Source: Camelus dromedarius (lineage: Eukaryota). From it: a stretch of 64,000 bases of DNA. Location: assembly GCF_036321535.1 (NCBI RefSeq), contig NC_087436.1:59026001-59090000 (forward strand), read 5' to 3'. A program made the translations under genes and the position numbers. The notes under the pieces were generated by a model. That model saw only the letters and a program-made list of their open reading frames with translations. It searched no databases and had not been told where the DNA came from. Positions 52,663 to 64,000 of this stretch are shown here, piece after piece (the stretch's first letter is position 1; each line of letters starts with the position of its first letter).

Positions 52663-53122
52663 TGTGGTAGGCAGCATGATGCCCCCACCCGCCCACAACT
52701 GTTCATGTTCTCAACCCCGAAACCTCTGAATATGTAATCTTACAGAGCCAAAGAGATTCTGATCAGCAGATGCTGATAAATTAAAGGTCTTAAAATGGGA
52801 GATTATTCTGATTATACAAGTGGGTCTGATGTAATCACAAGGGTCCTTATAAGAGGGAGGCATGAGTGTCGTAATCAGAAAAAGGTGTGACAATGGAAGC
52901 AAAGGTTGGAGTGACGCTGGACCACAAGTCAAGAAATGTGGGCAGATTCTAGAAGCTGGAAATGGCAAGGGAATGGAAAATTCCCTAGAGCTTCCAGAAA
53001 TAATGTGTCCCTGCCAATCCATTTCAGACTTTTGATCTCCAGAACTGTAAGACAGTGGTTTAAATCAACACGAATTTACTAAGTTTTATTCATTTGTGAT
53101 AGTAGTACTACAAATTAATGTA
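52663..53122 (+). mobile_element. MLT1C/D-like MaLR solo LTR
   Basis: tgtggtaggcag start; gtaatcacaagggtccttataagagggagg; ctagaagctggaaatggcaagggaa; ctccagaactgtaagaca. Confidence 0.88.
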
Positions 53123-53719
53123 ACTTAAATATTTAAATATATTAGAAAATATAAGCAGTTTATACATAAATCTATATTCATGGACAGTTATTCCAAGTGT
53201 AGCTTATTACATGTATATATTAGGAGATATGTACTGAGTATTTCTGAAGTATGTTTTTGCATAGATTATGTCATAAACCTTTATTGTATATTTCAGGAGA
53301 TGCAATTATTACCCCTATGTTGGAATCAGTAAATTTTCTTCACAGAGCATACATGTTTGTTTCCATAGGGTTCTCTTATTAAACCTTTTATCTTCTAACT
53401 TTATATAGTATATTTTGGTATCTTAAACACAACTAGAACTCTGAGATACTTTTAGTGGAGATTGTTGTCTGGACCTTGGTCCTATATTTCCAAATGCCTT
53501 TTAGAACATAACTGTTTAGATGAACTGTAGCCATTTCAACTAAATATGTCCCAAATTAATTTCATCTTATATCATTGTTTTTCCTCCAGTGAATTCTCCA
53601 TTCACTTAATGGCATCACCATGTTACCAATCATTCAAATAAGGGACCTAGGATATTCATTCCTCACATACAGTTAAAATCCTATGGATTTTGTGTTCTAC
53701 TCTGGTTAGTAAATTTTTA

Positions 53720-55465
53720 TCTCACAATGGTAGATATTAGCAATTGTGAAACTACTTATGTAAGTAGGTTTTAACATACAGTTGGCCCTTGAACAACATG
53801 TGTTTGAACTGCACAGACCCAATTATATGTGGATTTTTTTTTTACCTAATTATAATATAGTACTACAGGATTCAAGATGGGTTGAATCCACAAATGTGGA
53901 ACTGAAGATAAGGAGAGCTGACTATACAGTTATATTCAGATTTTCAACGGAGGGGCATGGGGGAGGAGTCAGTGCCCTTAACCTTTGTGTTGTGCAAGAG
54001 TCAACTGTATAAGTAAACATAGATAATGAAGGTCCGATTTCTCACTTTCAGAGAAAAAGTTACAAATACAGTGAAAATGCTAGAAGGAGCTATTTGGTAC
54101 CAAACTGGGGTCTGAGATATTGATATGAATATATATACTATATATACACACATGAATACTACAATACACATACAGACCAATAGCCAGATAGGTATATACA
54201 TATGCATGTGTCTATGTGTTAGCATACAAACATACACTTCCCGGTCCTGCCCACTAAGGGGGCATTGAAGGGGTAGCACAGCAACAGCACACACACCGAG
54301 CACTCAGAAAGTGTATTCTCAATACCTTTTTGAAATAAAAGGAGTCGGAACTCCTTGGCTGATTCTAGAACAGGAGCAGGGAAAATACAAAATGAGCCTG
54401 GAACACCTTTTGGTGACAAAAATAAAACAGGGCTTTAATGAGAACTTGCCAAAAGGGTACAGGAGCCAACCTGAAAGAGCTTCAGTTTGGAACAATTTTT
54501 GTGAAACAAAGCAGTAACAAACAAGTATATGATTATAATCTCAACAGTAAAATAAATATGCCTGATTCCTTTCTGCTATAAATAAATAATACATAATGAA
54601 GAAGAGACACCTCTTCCTTACAAAGTAATTCTAACTAATGTAGAAGGAATAAGGGACATAGAAAATGGCTTTTAGAACATGACAATGCTAATTACTATAG
54701 GAAAGGTGAATTGACTAGTGATTCTAATAGTAGAATTATTAGGTATTTAAGATTTTACAAGTATTATTAACCCTCTAGTTAAAACCACCAGAGTATAATG
54801 TATGTTCACAAATGCTACAATTTAAACATAATTCCCTTCCTCTTAAGTAATGGCTGGAACTTTTGACTCATTTCTAATGAATAGAATTTGAAAGGATAAA
54901 AACATAAATAACTTTCAAATGGGGAAATCTTGCAGCCACCACCTTACCCAAGTGATCAAAATTAGCATCATAATAATGAGACATATGGACATTGTGTATC
55001 CAATGATATACTTGGAAAAAGATATTTCACTTTTGCAATATTTCCCCCCAAATCCACAACATCAGTTTAATCATGAGAAGACTTCAGACAAACACATATT
55101 GTGCAACATTCTTCAAAATATATGATCAATACTCTTAAAAATGTCAATGTCTTCCAAGACAAAGACTGAGGAACTGTCACAGATTGGAAATGACTAAGGA
55201 GATAGAGCTAAATAGAATACGTATCCTTGAGTGAATACTGGGCTGAGGGGAAAAGATATTAATGGAAAAACTGAAGAAATTCTAATGAAGTCCATAGTTA
55301 AAAATATTGTTCCAATTTTAACTTAATTTTAATAATTATTTAAGATGTTATATAACTTGTGACATTGGGATGAAGTTAGTTGAAAAGATGTTCAGGAGCT
55401 CTATGTGCTACTTTTGCAACTCTGCTGGAAGTCTAAAATTATTTCAAAATAAAAAGTTACAAATA
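53720..55465 (+). mobile_element. L1MC/MD-like 3' UTR region interrupted by a Tigger2 MITE
   Basis: Contains gattctagaacaggagcagggaaaatacaaaatgagcctggaac and caccaccttacccaagtgatcaaa; ends aagtctaaaattatttcaaaataaaaagtt. Confidence 0.8.
53779..54007. mobile_element. Tigger2-derived MITE (Tigger2a_Art-like), 229 bp
   Basis: TIRs cagttggcccttgaacaaca / tgttgtgcaagagtcaactg, with TA on both sides (53777-78, 54008-09). Confidence 0.88.
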
Positions 55466-55489
55466 TAGAAAAAAATCTACTTAATAACA

Positions 55490-56075
55490 CCTTAGCGATA
55501 CCCTGTTCTCTTCTCATTCCTACTTCTAATAGATGTATTGAGGTTCTTATCAATTCTTACATAAATTTTTTAAAATGACTCAGATGGCCTCCATGTCTCT
55601 TACCTTGTGCTTCCCTATTCTCTATTACAGCACAAGCAAACTTTGTTAGATGCAAAGACAGTTACAAAATATTTGCATATGATTTTATAGCAGTGTCCCA
55701 TACTTTTCATTACTTACCACATTTTTTAGCTTCATTTCCCTCTGCTCTCACATGTATGTGGCATTTGTAATATTTCTTTCTAATTCTGTGCATCTGCCAA
55801 TCTCTTTTATACTCCATCCTCTCACACCTGAGATTCTTTCTGCCAAAATCAATTCCTTCAGTTCTTTAAGTAGATAATTCCTCCTTCCCTAGAAAAAGTT
55901 TTACTTAGTAATAAAAATCCTAGAAGACTTTTATGACATCCTTGGGATAAATTGTGTTTTTCCCTAGAACCCTGCACAAACATTTATTAGTGACAGGGGC
56001 CCTATCTTATCCACTATTCCCTCCTTAACCTGGAAATAGGCACTCAAACAAGTTTTATTTAGAATGATCAAATAT
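55490..56075 (+). mobile_element. LINE-2 3' fragment
   Basis: Ends in cctggaaataggcactcaaacaagttttatttagaatga. Confidence 0.55.
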
Positions 56076-56321
56076 GAAGAATAAATTCAAATAGAAAGGT
56101 GAAAGCAAATCAATAATGAAAAAAGAGTAAAACTTAAAAATTAAATATGATTCTATAAAGAACATGCCCATTTAACAATTTCAGAAGTTATCAGGGACCT
56201 AGACTAAAATGCCAGGAACCATTTAAGAGTATCATCTGTTAAAATACACATGGCAGGAAAGACACTGCTCTGGGAAAGATCCTCGATGTTTTCCTTACTT
56301 GCTGCAAGTAATAAATCCTCC

Positions 56322-56378
56322 ATATATATATATGTACACACACACACATATATACATATATATATACACCCACACCCA
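56322..56378. repeat. (TA)/(CA) compound microsatellite
   Basis: Seen directly in the sequence. Confidence 0.9.
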
Positions 56379-57067
56379 TAGCAGGAAAACATCATGTGAA
56401 GACCCTAACCCCAGACAGCAGACAGCATTGTGCTGTAGAACTAAAGGCATTGCTGTGATAGAGGAATCAGATATATTTGTTTGTGTGTACACATTAGAGC
56501 TCTGAAGTATGAGAATCAAGCACCAAGTGTCACAGCATCACCTTTCCTCTTTCAGAACCAGGAGGACTCCACAATTCAAAGTTCATCTTTATTTTCAAAA
56601 ACTAGAGTCCCAGAGGATCCATTCTGAAGGCTTTTAAGGCTGCTATTGATGCTGTTGGGACAACCTGGACAAGTCATTCATCTTCAGTGACAGGGTCAGC
56701 AATGAAATTCCAGGGGGCTAGCATGAGAGGCATTTTATCTCGGGAGCAGATGGGACAGACCCAGCCTGTGTAAATCCCTTTTAAACTGGCAATTTACAGA
56801 CTAGTTCATGTCAGTCATTTCATGGGCAAGAGTTCATAATTTTTTAAGTTGACTTCTAAAAAGGAAAATTTTTGCTTCATTTACTATACACTGATGGTCC
56901 TGCATTAGTGTTTATAAAAATCTTTACATGCAGTGTCAAAATTCTGCCTAGGATGTGTAATTGTTTGCTTTATACATTGTGTTGAAAGTAATGCTGAAAG
57001 TGTCAATGACCAAGGCCACAGCAATCTGAATTTTTTAAAATGCATTTTCTTAGTTTTATACAGTAAG

Positions 57068-57081
57068 GTTGCCATGGAAAC
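57068..57081. promoter_or_regulatory. Candidate RFX X-box
   Basis: GTTGCCATGGAAAC matches the palindromic X-box consensus GTTNCCATGGNAAC and lies in apparently unique DNA. Motif match only. Confidence 0.5.
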
Positions 57082-59339
57082 TGGTAAAGAAGCTAAATTA
57101 CTTGTTGATTCTGGATATGCCTTATCTTCTGTTCTCTTATTGTGATGCTTAAGTGAGAAGCTGAAGAGGTAGGATTTTATATCTTTATCTAAATGGAGAC
57201 TATTTCCTTGTGGATTCTAAAGTTAGAAGTGCAGGGGTTTTTAAATTTTAAAATGCATGTTATATTAGACCATATTCATTTTAGTGACTTGAGGCCATGA
57301 TTTAACATGACTTAATTTTCATCACACAATTGCCAAATTTAGGGGAGCACAGAGTAGAACTGGGTGCCTCATATTCCCCAAAATTTGCCAGCTGCTGAGG
57401 TGATACAATTGTAGTATATGTGCATTCACAGCTAGATGCCCAGAGTTGAGTACATATGGATTAGCAGCTAGTAATGACCACCACCCCCCACTGCCTGATC
57501 TTAAATTAAGCACAGTAAACTAAAGAAAATATGATTGGTTTTTTTTTCAGACTGGATGACTGTCATATGCAAAAGCACACAAAAAGTGTATTTCCAATTA
57601 TTTGCAGTGTCAAGCCGCTGAAATACAGCTATGGAATATCAGGAAGGGCTGTGTACACAAATCAGGAGAGTAATCAGTGTCTTTAAAAAAAATATGAAAA
57701 AATGGATCTGACTCAGTGGCATAGGGTTTTTCTGATAGTATTATTAAAAGTACCAGAAATGGTCAAAACTAGGGTGAAGTAGTTGTGAATCAAATACCAA
57801 GTGAAGATCCAGTGTCCAGTTATTTAAAAAAATTAAATGCATTAAAAATGGCTCATAGGAACCAATCTTTGGTGGAAAATGTGTATTATGGATTGTGTGT
57901 GCTTTCTCTTTCTCGTGCATACACCACCTGAGGAATATCTGTGTAGGTGTGATTTCTCAGTTTAGAAAGTGGTGTCTCTAGAGTCAGAAACCTAACCATG
58001 CGAAGAAAGGCCATCCCAGGAGAGGAAGTACTATAAGGAGATAAAAACCACAGGGAATTAGCAAAGTCCACGGGGTACAAACACAGGAAATCCAATACTA
58101 GAAGAATGGATAAGTGCAAGTGTTATATATAAATTATATATTTATCTCTGGATCAATTAAAAGTAATTAACTGGATTTACATATACTCATACTGAGCTCA
58201 AAAACATGTTGAATATAAAAGTAAGAAAAACAAAACTTATAGCATAAAACAACAACATATATCTTGGGGGAATATATCTTATAAAATTATGGTAGTTGAA
58301 TGGGAGGAGATAAGAATGGAGTTAGAAATGGGGTATAAAGTGCAAAAAATAATGAATTATTTAAATGCATGAAAATGATGCATTGTCAATATATGATGAG
58401 ATGGTTTTATCCTTAAAAAAAATGAATGCATTGTTCTAAAAGGTATTTTGAATATTAAAAGAAAGAATACATTTAATAGAAACAATGTTCTGTACCACTC
58501 TATTTGTGGAGAATAAAAAGGGATTGCTTTGCAGGAAGTAAGAATGCTCACATGAGTTGAAATAGGGGATAAGGTTACTGCATTTAATCTTTAGCACAAA
58601 ATAGCAGGGAAATGTGTCTACCTCAGGGAATCCCTCAGCTTCTGAGGAGTCTCCAGGGAGTCAAGAGCCTTAGAAGAAAGATCTAAGAATTTTATGATGT
58701 ACTTCACTCTTATCGCCCTTGTTTTTCTAGTATGTTCAAATTATCTTCTGCTTTCCTTCAAGGAGTGAATCCATCTTGCCATACGTATTAGAGGGAGAGG
58801 GCGTAGACGGCTTTGCCGTAAGCAGAGCCCAGCACAGGTTGGAGCCGGCTCACTATGCTGGCGCATCAGGCTGAGGAGGCCGGCATGAGCAGAAATCCAG
58901 CTGAGCGAGGCTCTCCATGCTCTTTGAGCTGGGGTTGCTTTGGTCCTGAGTTGGAGCCTCTAATGTGTGCAGAGATGCTGAGAGCTTGCCAAGCTGCCTA
59001 CCTACAGAGCTGCATTCATCTAGAGGGGACAGATTTTTTCTCTCTAGTTGGCACAAAGGTGATAATTGGGTTATAATAGTCCTGAATGTAAGTTGACCAA
59101 AAAAGTATGCTGATGGTTCTGTGTCAATTAACTTAGCAAGCTATTGCTTTTTTTTTTTTTTTTTACTAAGATTTAAAGAGAAAAATAAATTCCCTGAAAT
59201 GGAAGTGCAAGGGAAATGAACCTACAAAAGGGTTTTTGGTCTCACCTATGTCTGAGTTATGCTATTAGGCCTGTCATGTTGAAATTAAAGGAAAAGTGGT
59301 TTTTTGATAATTTGAGTATAGATTCTTCCGATTTTCCCC

Positions 59340-60965
59340 CAGATGTGTTCTAGAAGACTTTATGTGCTAAGTGAAGACTATTGGGAATAAAGTAAATTAG
59401 AAGCTCACCTTTGAAGTCTAAATCAATTTCTGCCTGCCATCATCATAAAAACAATTTCAAGTGAATTAAGGAGAAAAATTTTAAATATTATACTTTAGTA
59501 GGAACTGTAAAATCTTGGGATGGAGAAAGCCTTCCCAAGCAACATAGGACTCTCCAGAAATCATAAAGTGAAAAATGATAGAATGAAATATGTGTGTCTT
59601 TTATACAGTGAGAGGTAGTATAAAATAAACTTCATAGACAGGCATACACAATAATAATTAGTACATATGTAACAGAAATAATTACCATAATACGTCATGG
59701 TATTTTGCAAATTGATAAAAACACTGCTCAAGAGGAAAATGGTGTCTTAATCCAAACTCCGCTGAAAAATAAAGCATGAAGTCTGGTTTAGGTGGCATTG
59801 CTTTATTGTAAGATGCAATCTCAGGGCAGGAAGATTGAGAGAAATAAGAAATGAGGTAGAGTGAAAAGAAGAAAACCAAGAACAGCTTTGTTGCTGAGGT
59901 AATTGGCAGTTGATTATGTTGGAGCCATGTGAGGTTGAGAGAAACTAAGAGGAATATATGACAAAATGGTCAAAGAAAATGAAGAGAAGAATCATCAAAA
60001 CATCATAAAAATTGACAACAGGCATATGAAAAGATACTAATCTTCACTAAAATCAGAAAAAATGATAAGTAACAATATATGTATATATCAGGTTGACAAA
60101 ATTCAAGTGACATTCACTATTAAAAATACGTAGAAAAGTTTTCTTTATAGAATATTGGAAGTTGTATAAATTGATGCAGCTTCCTTGGAAGGCAAACTTA
60201 TTATATATCAAATATAAGATACATAACCATGGTTAAATGGAAAATGTTAACATTAAGAAAGTTAGACGAAGGGTTATACAGGAACTCTGCATTGTCATTG
60301 CATTGTAAATCTAAAATTCTCTCAAAATAAATATTCAAATAAAGTGAACAGTGCAATAACTTCAACCAACAAATCAAGTATTTTCTAAATAGCCTCATGC
60401 TATCTATAAAATAGTTGAACAAATATGCAAATTCAAAGCTATAAAACAATTCAGTGAAGACCTATTTGTAATAGCAAAAAAATCAGAAACCACTAATATC
60501 CATCAGTAGTGGGAGGTTTAAATAGGCTATCTGTTTTCTGGTATACTGCATCATAGTTTGAAAAATGAAGAGGTGTGTGTACTGACATGGAAGGAATTGT
60601 CTCTAATATAGATTTTTTAACTGGCAAAAAGTTGGATAAAATGTTATTATGGTATTCATGTAAAAATTTATGTATAAAATCCAGAAAAAGATGCAGATGT
60701 ACCTTAAACACATATTTCAAAGTAGAAGAAACCACTCTGAGGTGACTATATACTGTATGATCATAGGACATATTGGGAAAGGCAAAATTATAAGCAGAAA
60801 AATGGTAATCAGGAGCTTTGTTTGAAGGGGCTCTACTAAATAAAAACAGAAAATCTTAGGGCAGTAAAGCTATTATGTATGATATTATAATGGTAGATGC
60901 ATGACACTATGCGTTTGTCAAGACCCATAGAATTTCACAGCACTGAGTGAATTTTGTATATGAAT
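59340..60965 (+). mobile_element. Cluster of old L1ME/MC fragments
   Basis: Contains ggcatatgaaaagatactaatcttcacta, aggaactctgcattgtcattgc...aaatctaaaatt and atgacactatgcgtttgtcaagacccatagaa. Confidence 0.7.
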
Positions 60966-60969
60966 TTTG

Positions 60970-63900
60970 GGGTCCTGCAGCTTTGCTGAATTCATTGATG
61001 AGCTCTAGTAGTTTTCTGGTGGCATCTTTAGGATTCTCTATGTATAGTATCGTGTCACCTGCAAACAGTGACAGTTTTACTTCTTTTCCAGTTTAGATTC
61101 ATTTTCTTTCTTTTTCTTCTGATTGCTGTGGCTAGGACTTCCAAAACTGTTGACTAAATGTGGTGAGAGTGGGCATCCTTGTCTTCTTCCTGACCTTAGA
61201 GGAAATGCTTTCAGCTTCTCACCATTGAGTATGATGCTGTCTGTAAATTGTCAGATACGGCCTTTATTATGTTGAAGTGTGTTCCCTCTGTGCCCCTTTT
61301 CTGGAGAGTTTTTAACATAAATAGATGTTGAATTTTATCAAAAGCTTTTTCTGCATCTGTTGAGATAATCATGTTTTTTATTCTTCAGTTTGTTAATGTG
61401 GTATATCACATTGATTTGTAGATATTGAAAAATCCTTGTATTCCTGGGATAAATCTCACTTGATCATGGTGTATGACCCTTTTAATGTATTGTTGGAGTT
61501 AATTTGCTAGTATTTTGTTGAGGATTTTTGCATCTATATTCATAAATGATATTGGTCCGTAATTTTCACTTTTTGTGATATCTTTGTCTGGTTTTGGTAT
61601 CAAGGTGATGGTGGCCTCATAGGATGGGTTCAGAAGTGTTCCTTCCTCTTCAATTTTTTTGGAATAGTTTCAGAAGGATAGGCTTTAACTCTTCTCTAAA
61701 TGTTTAGTAGAATTTCCCTGTGAAGCCATCTGGTCCTGGATGTTTGTTTGTTGGGAGTTTTTAAATTACTGATGCAATTTCAGTACTGGTAATTTGTTTG
61801 TTTACATTTTCTTTTTTTTTTCTTTTTATTTATTTAACATTTTTTATTGATTTATAATCATTTTACAATATTGTGTCAAATTCCAGTGTAGAGCACAATT
61901 TCTCAGTCATACATGAACACACATATATTCATTGTCACATTTTTTTCTCTGTGAGCTACCATAAAATCTTGTGTATATTTCCCTGTGCTATACAGTATAA
62001 TCTTGTTTATCTATTCTACAATGTTGAAATCCCGTCTATCCCTTCCCACCCTCTGCCCCTTGGCAACCACAAGTTTGTATTCTATGTCTGAGTCTATTTC
62101 TGTTTTGTATTTATGCTTTGTTTTTTTGTTTTTGTTTTTGTTTTTTAGATTCCACATATGAGCAATCTCATATAGTATTTTTCTTTCTCTTTCTGGCTTA
62201 CTTCACTTAGAATGACATTCTCCAGGAGCATCCATGTTGCTGCAAATGGCGTTATGTTGTCGGTTTTTATGGCTGAGTAGTATTCCATTGTATAAATATA
62301 CCACATCTTTATCCAGTCATCTGTTGATGGACATTTAGGCTGTTTCAATGTCTTGGCTATTTGAAATAGTTTACATTTTCTATTTCTTCCTGGCTCAGTC
62401 TTGGCAAATTGTACCTTTCTAAGAAATTGTCCATTTCTTCAAGTTTGTCCATTTTGTTGGCATATGTTTGCTCATAGTAGTCTGTATCTTTGTATCTGTG
62501 GTGTCAGTTCTCACTTCTCTGTTTTCACTTCTGATTTTAATTTGAGCCCTCTCCCTTTTTTCTTGATGAGTCTGACTAAAGGTTTTAATTTTTTCAAAGA
62601 AACAGCTTTTGGTTTCATTGATCTTTTCTTTTTATTCTCTGTTTCACTTCTTTTCTGCTCTAATCTTTATGATTTCTTTCCTTCTACTAACTTCAGGTGT
62701 TGTTTGTTCTTCTTTCTCTAATTGCTTTAGGTATAAGGCTGGGTTTTTTATTTGAGATTGTTCTTATTTCCTGAGGTAAGCTCATATTGCTATAAAGTTC
62801 CCTCTTAGGACTGCTTTTGTTGCATCCCAGATCATTGTGTTTTCATTTTTATCTGTCTCTAAGTATTTTGTTTTCTCTTTGGTTTCTTCAGTGATCCACT
62901 GGTTGTTTAGTAGCATATTGTTTAGCCTCCGTGTGTTTGTGGTTTTTGCAGTCTTTCTCTTGCAGTTGATTTCTAGTCTCATAGTGTTGTGGTTGGAAAA
63001 GATGGTTGATATGATTTCAGTTTTCTTAAATTTACTGAGGTTTGCTTGTGGGCCAACATGTGATCTATCCTGGAGACTGTTCCATGTGCACTTGAGAAGA
63101 ATGTGTATTCTGCTGCTTTTGGATGGAATGCTCTATAAATACCAAGTCCATGTAGTCTAATGTGTCATTTAACACCTATATTATTGATTTTCTGTCTAGA
63201 TGATCTGTCCATTGATGCATGTGGGGTGTTAAGGTCTCTCACTGTTATTGTGTTACTGGTAATTTCTCCTTTTATGTATGTTAACAGTTGCCTTTTATTC
63301 AAGTGTTCCCATTGTTATATCTTCTTGGACTGATCCTTAGATTATTATACAGTGTCCTTTGCCTCTTGTAACAGTCTTAAATCTATTTTGTCTGATATAT
63401 GTATTACTACTCCAGCTTTCTTTTGGTTTCCATTTGCATGGAATACCTTTTTGCATCCCTTCACTTTTAGCTTGTATGTGCCTCTAGCTCTGAAGTGGGT
63501 CTCTTATAGAAAGCATATGTGCAGGTCTTGCTTTTGTAGCAAGGTCTTGTATGGTTCTTGTAGACAGCATATATATGGGTCCATTCAGCCAGTCTGTGTC
63601 TTTTGGGTGGAGTGTTTAATCTGTATACATTTAAGGTAATTACTGATATGTACATTCTTATTGTCATTTTGTTAATTGTTTTGGATTTGTTTTTTGTAGA
63701 TCTTTTTTTCTCCTTTTTTCTTTTGTTCTCTTGTGATTTGATGACTACCTCTGGCATTATGTCTGGATTCCTTTTTCTTTTTTGTGTGTATATCTGTTAT
63801 AGATTTTTGGTTTGTGGTTCCCATGAGGTTTTGGTATAGAATTATATTTATAATATGATTGCTTTAACTTGCTAATTTCTTAATTTGAAACACATTTTAG

Positions 63901-64000
63901 ATACCCTGCATTCATACTCTCCTCCCCTCATGATTACTGGTTTTGATATCATATTTTACATCTAATTGTTTTGTATATCCTTTCATTGCTTACTGTGGAT
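60970..64000 (-). mobile_element. LINE-1 ORF2 5' half to inter-ORF region; lacks its 3' end; continues right of the window
   Basis: ORF 62782..62982(-) MRLEINC...RRLNNMLLNNQWITEE...WDATKAVLRGNFIAI. ORF 63467..63757(-) contains the ORF2 start (MTIRMYISVITLNVYRLNTPPKRHRLAEW). Confidence 0.95.
61813..62368 (-). mobile_element. Young 5'-truncated LINE-1 3' end (camelid-like 3' UTR) with a 13-bp TSD
   Basis: TSD gtttacattttct at 61800-61812 and 62369-62381, with a poly(T) tail at the left. ORF 62145..62348(-) KQPKCPSTDDWIKMWYIYTMEYYSAIK is the ORF2p C-terminus. Confidence 0.95.

Noticed and set aside
57551..57686. Acceptor followed by an open frame (LDDCHMQKHTKSVFPIICSVKPLKYSYG...)
   Set aside because: No recognisable homology and no good donor before the stop codon.
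1..64000. Minus-strand bias of the larger and younger L1 and ERV1 elements as evidence of a plus-strand host gene
   Set aside because: Too few elements, several older L1s and MaLRs are on the plus strand, and no exon was confirmed.
1..64000. tRNA, rRNA, snRNA, miRNA genes, NUMT, or lineage-specific tRNA-derived SINEs
   Set aside because: None recognised by eye. tRNAscan-SE and Infernal/Rfam searches would be needed to exclude degenerate copies.

Overview
AT-rich, repeat-dominated placental-mammal DNA that looks intergenic or deep-intronic. The 3' UTR of the youngest LINE-1 resembles camelid L1 as I recall it; this species call is an inference. I found no recognisable host coding exon, RNA gene or NUMT. 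The ORFs with recognisable homology are decayed L1 ORF1/ORF2 or Tigger1 transposase; decayed ERVL pro/pol motifs are also readable in the DNA. Main structures: (1) a near-full-length minus-strand L1 (7.4-15.7 kb) hosting a full-length Tigger1 and a young ERV1-type solo LTR; (2) a twin-primed 5'-inverted L1 (4.5-5.8 kb); (3) an ERV1 LTR plus internal remnant splitting a MIR (38.0-39.3 kb); (4) an ERVL internal relic (47-49.8 kb); (5) a young 5'-truncated L1 with a perfect 13-bp TSD inside an older L1 (61.8-62.4 kb). There are also many MaLR LTR, MER, L2 and MIR relics. The unique stretches hold candidate regulatory signals: a consensus RFX X-box, a degenerate RE1-like site, small CpG-rich patches and a 14-bp hairpin. 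I see no convincing previously undescribed biological system. Subfamily names come from recalled consensus sequences, and boundaries of old elements are approximate.
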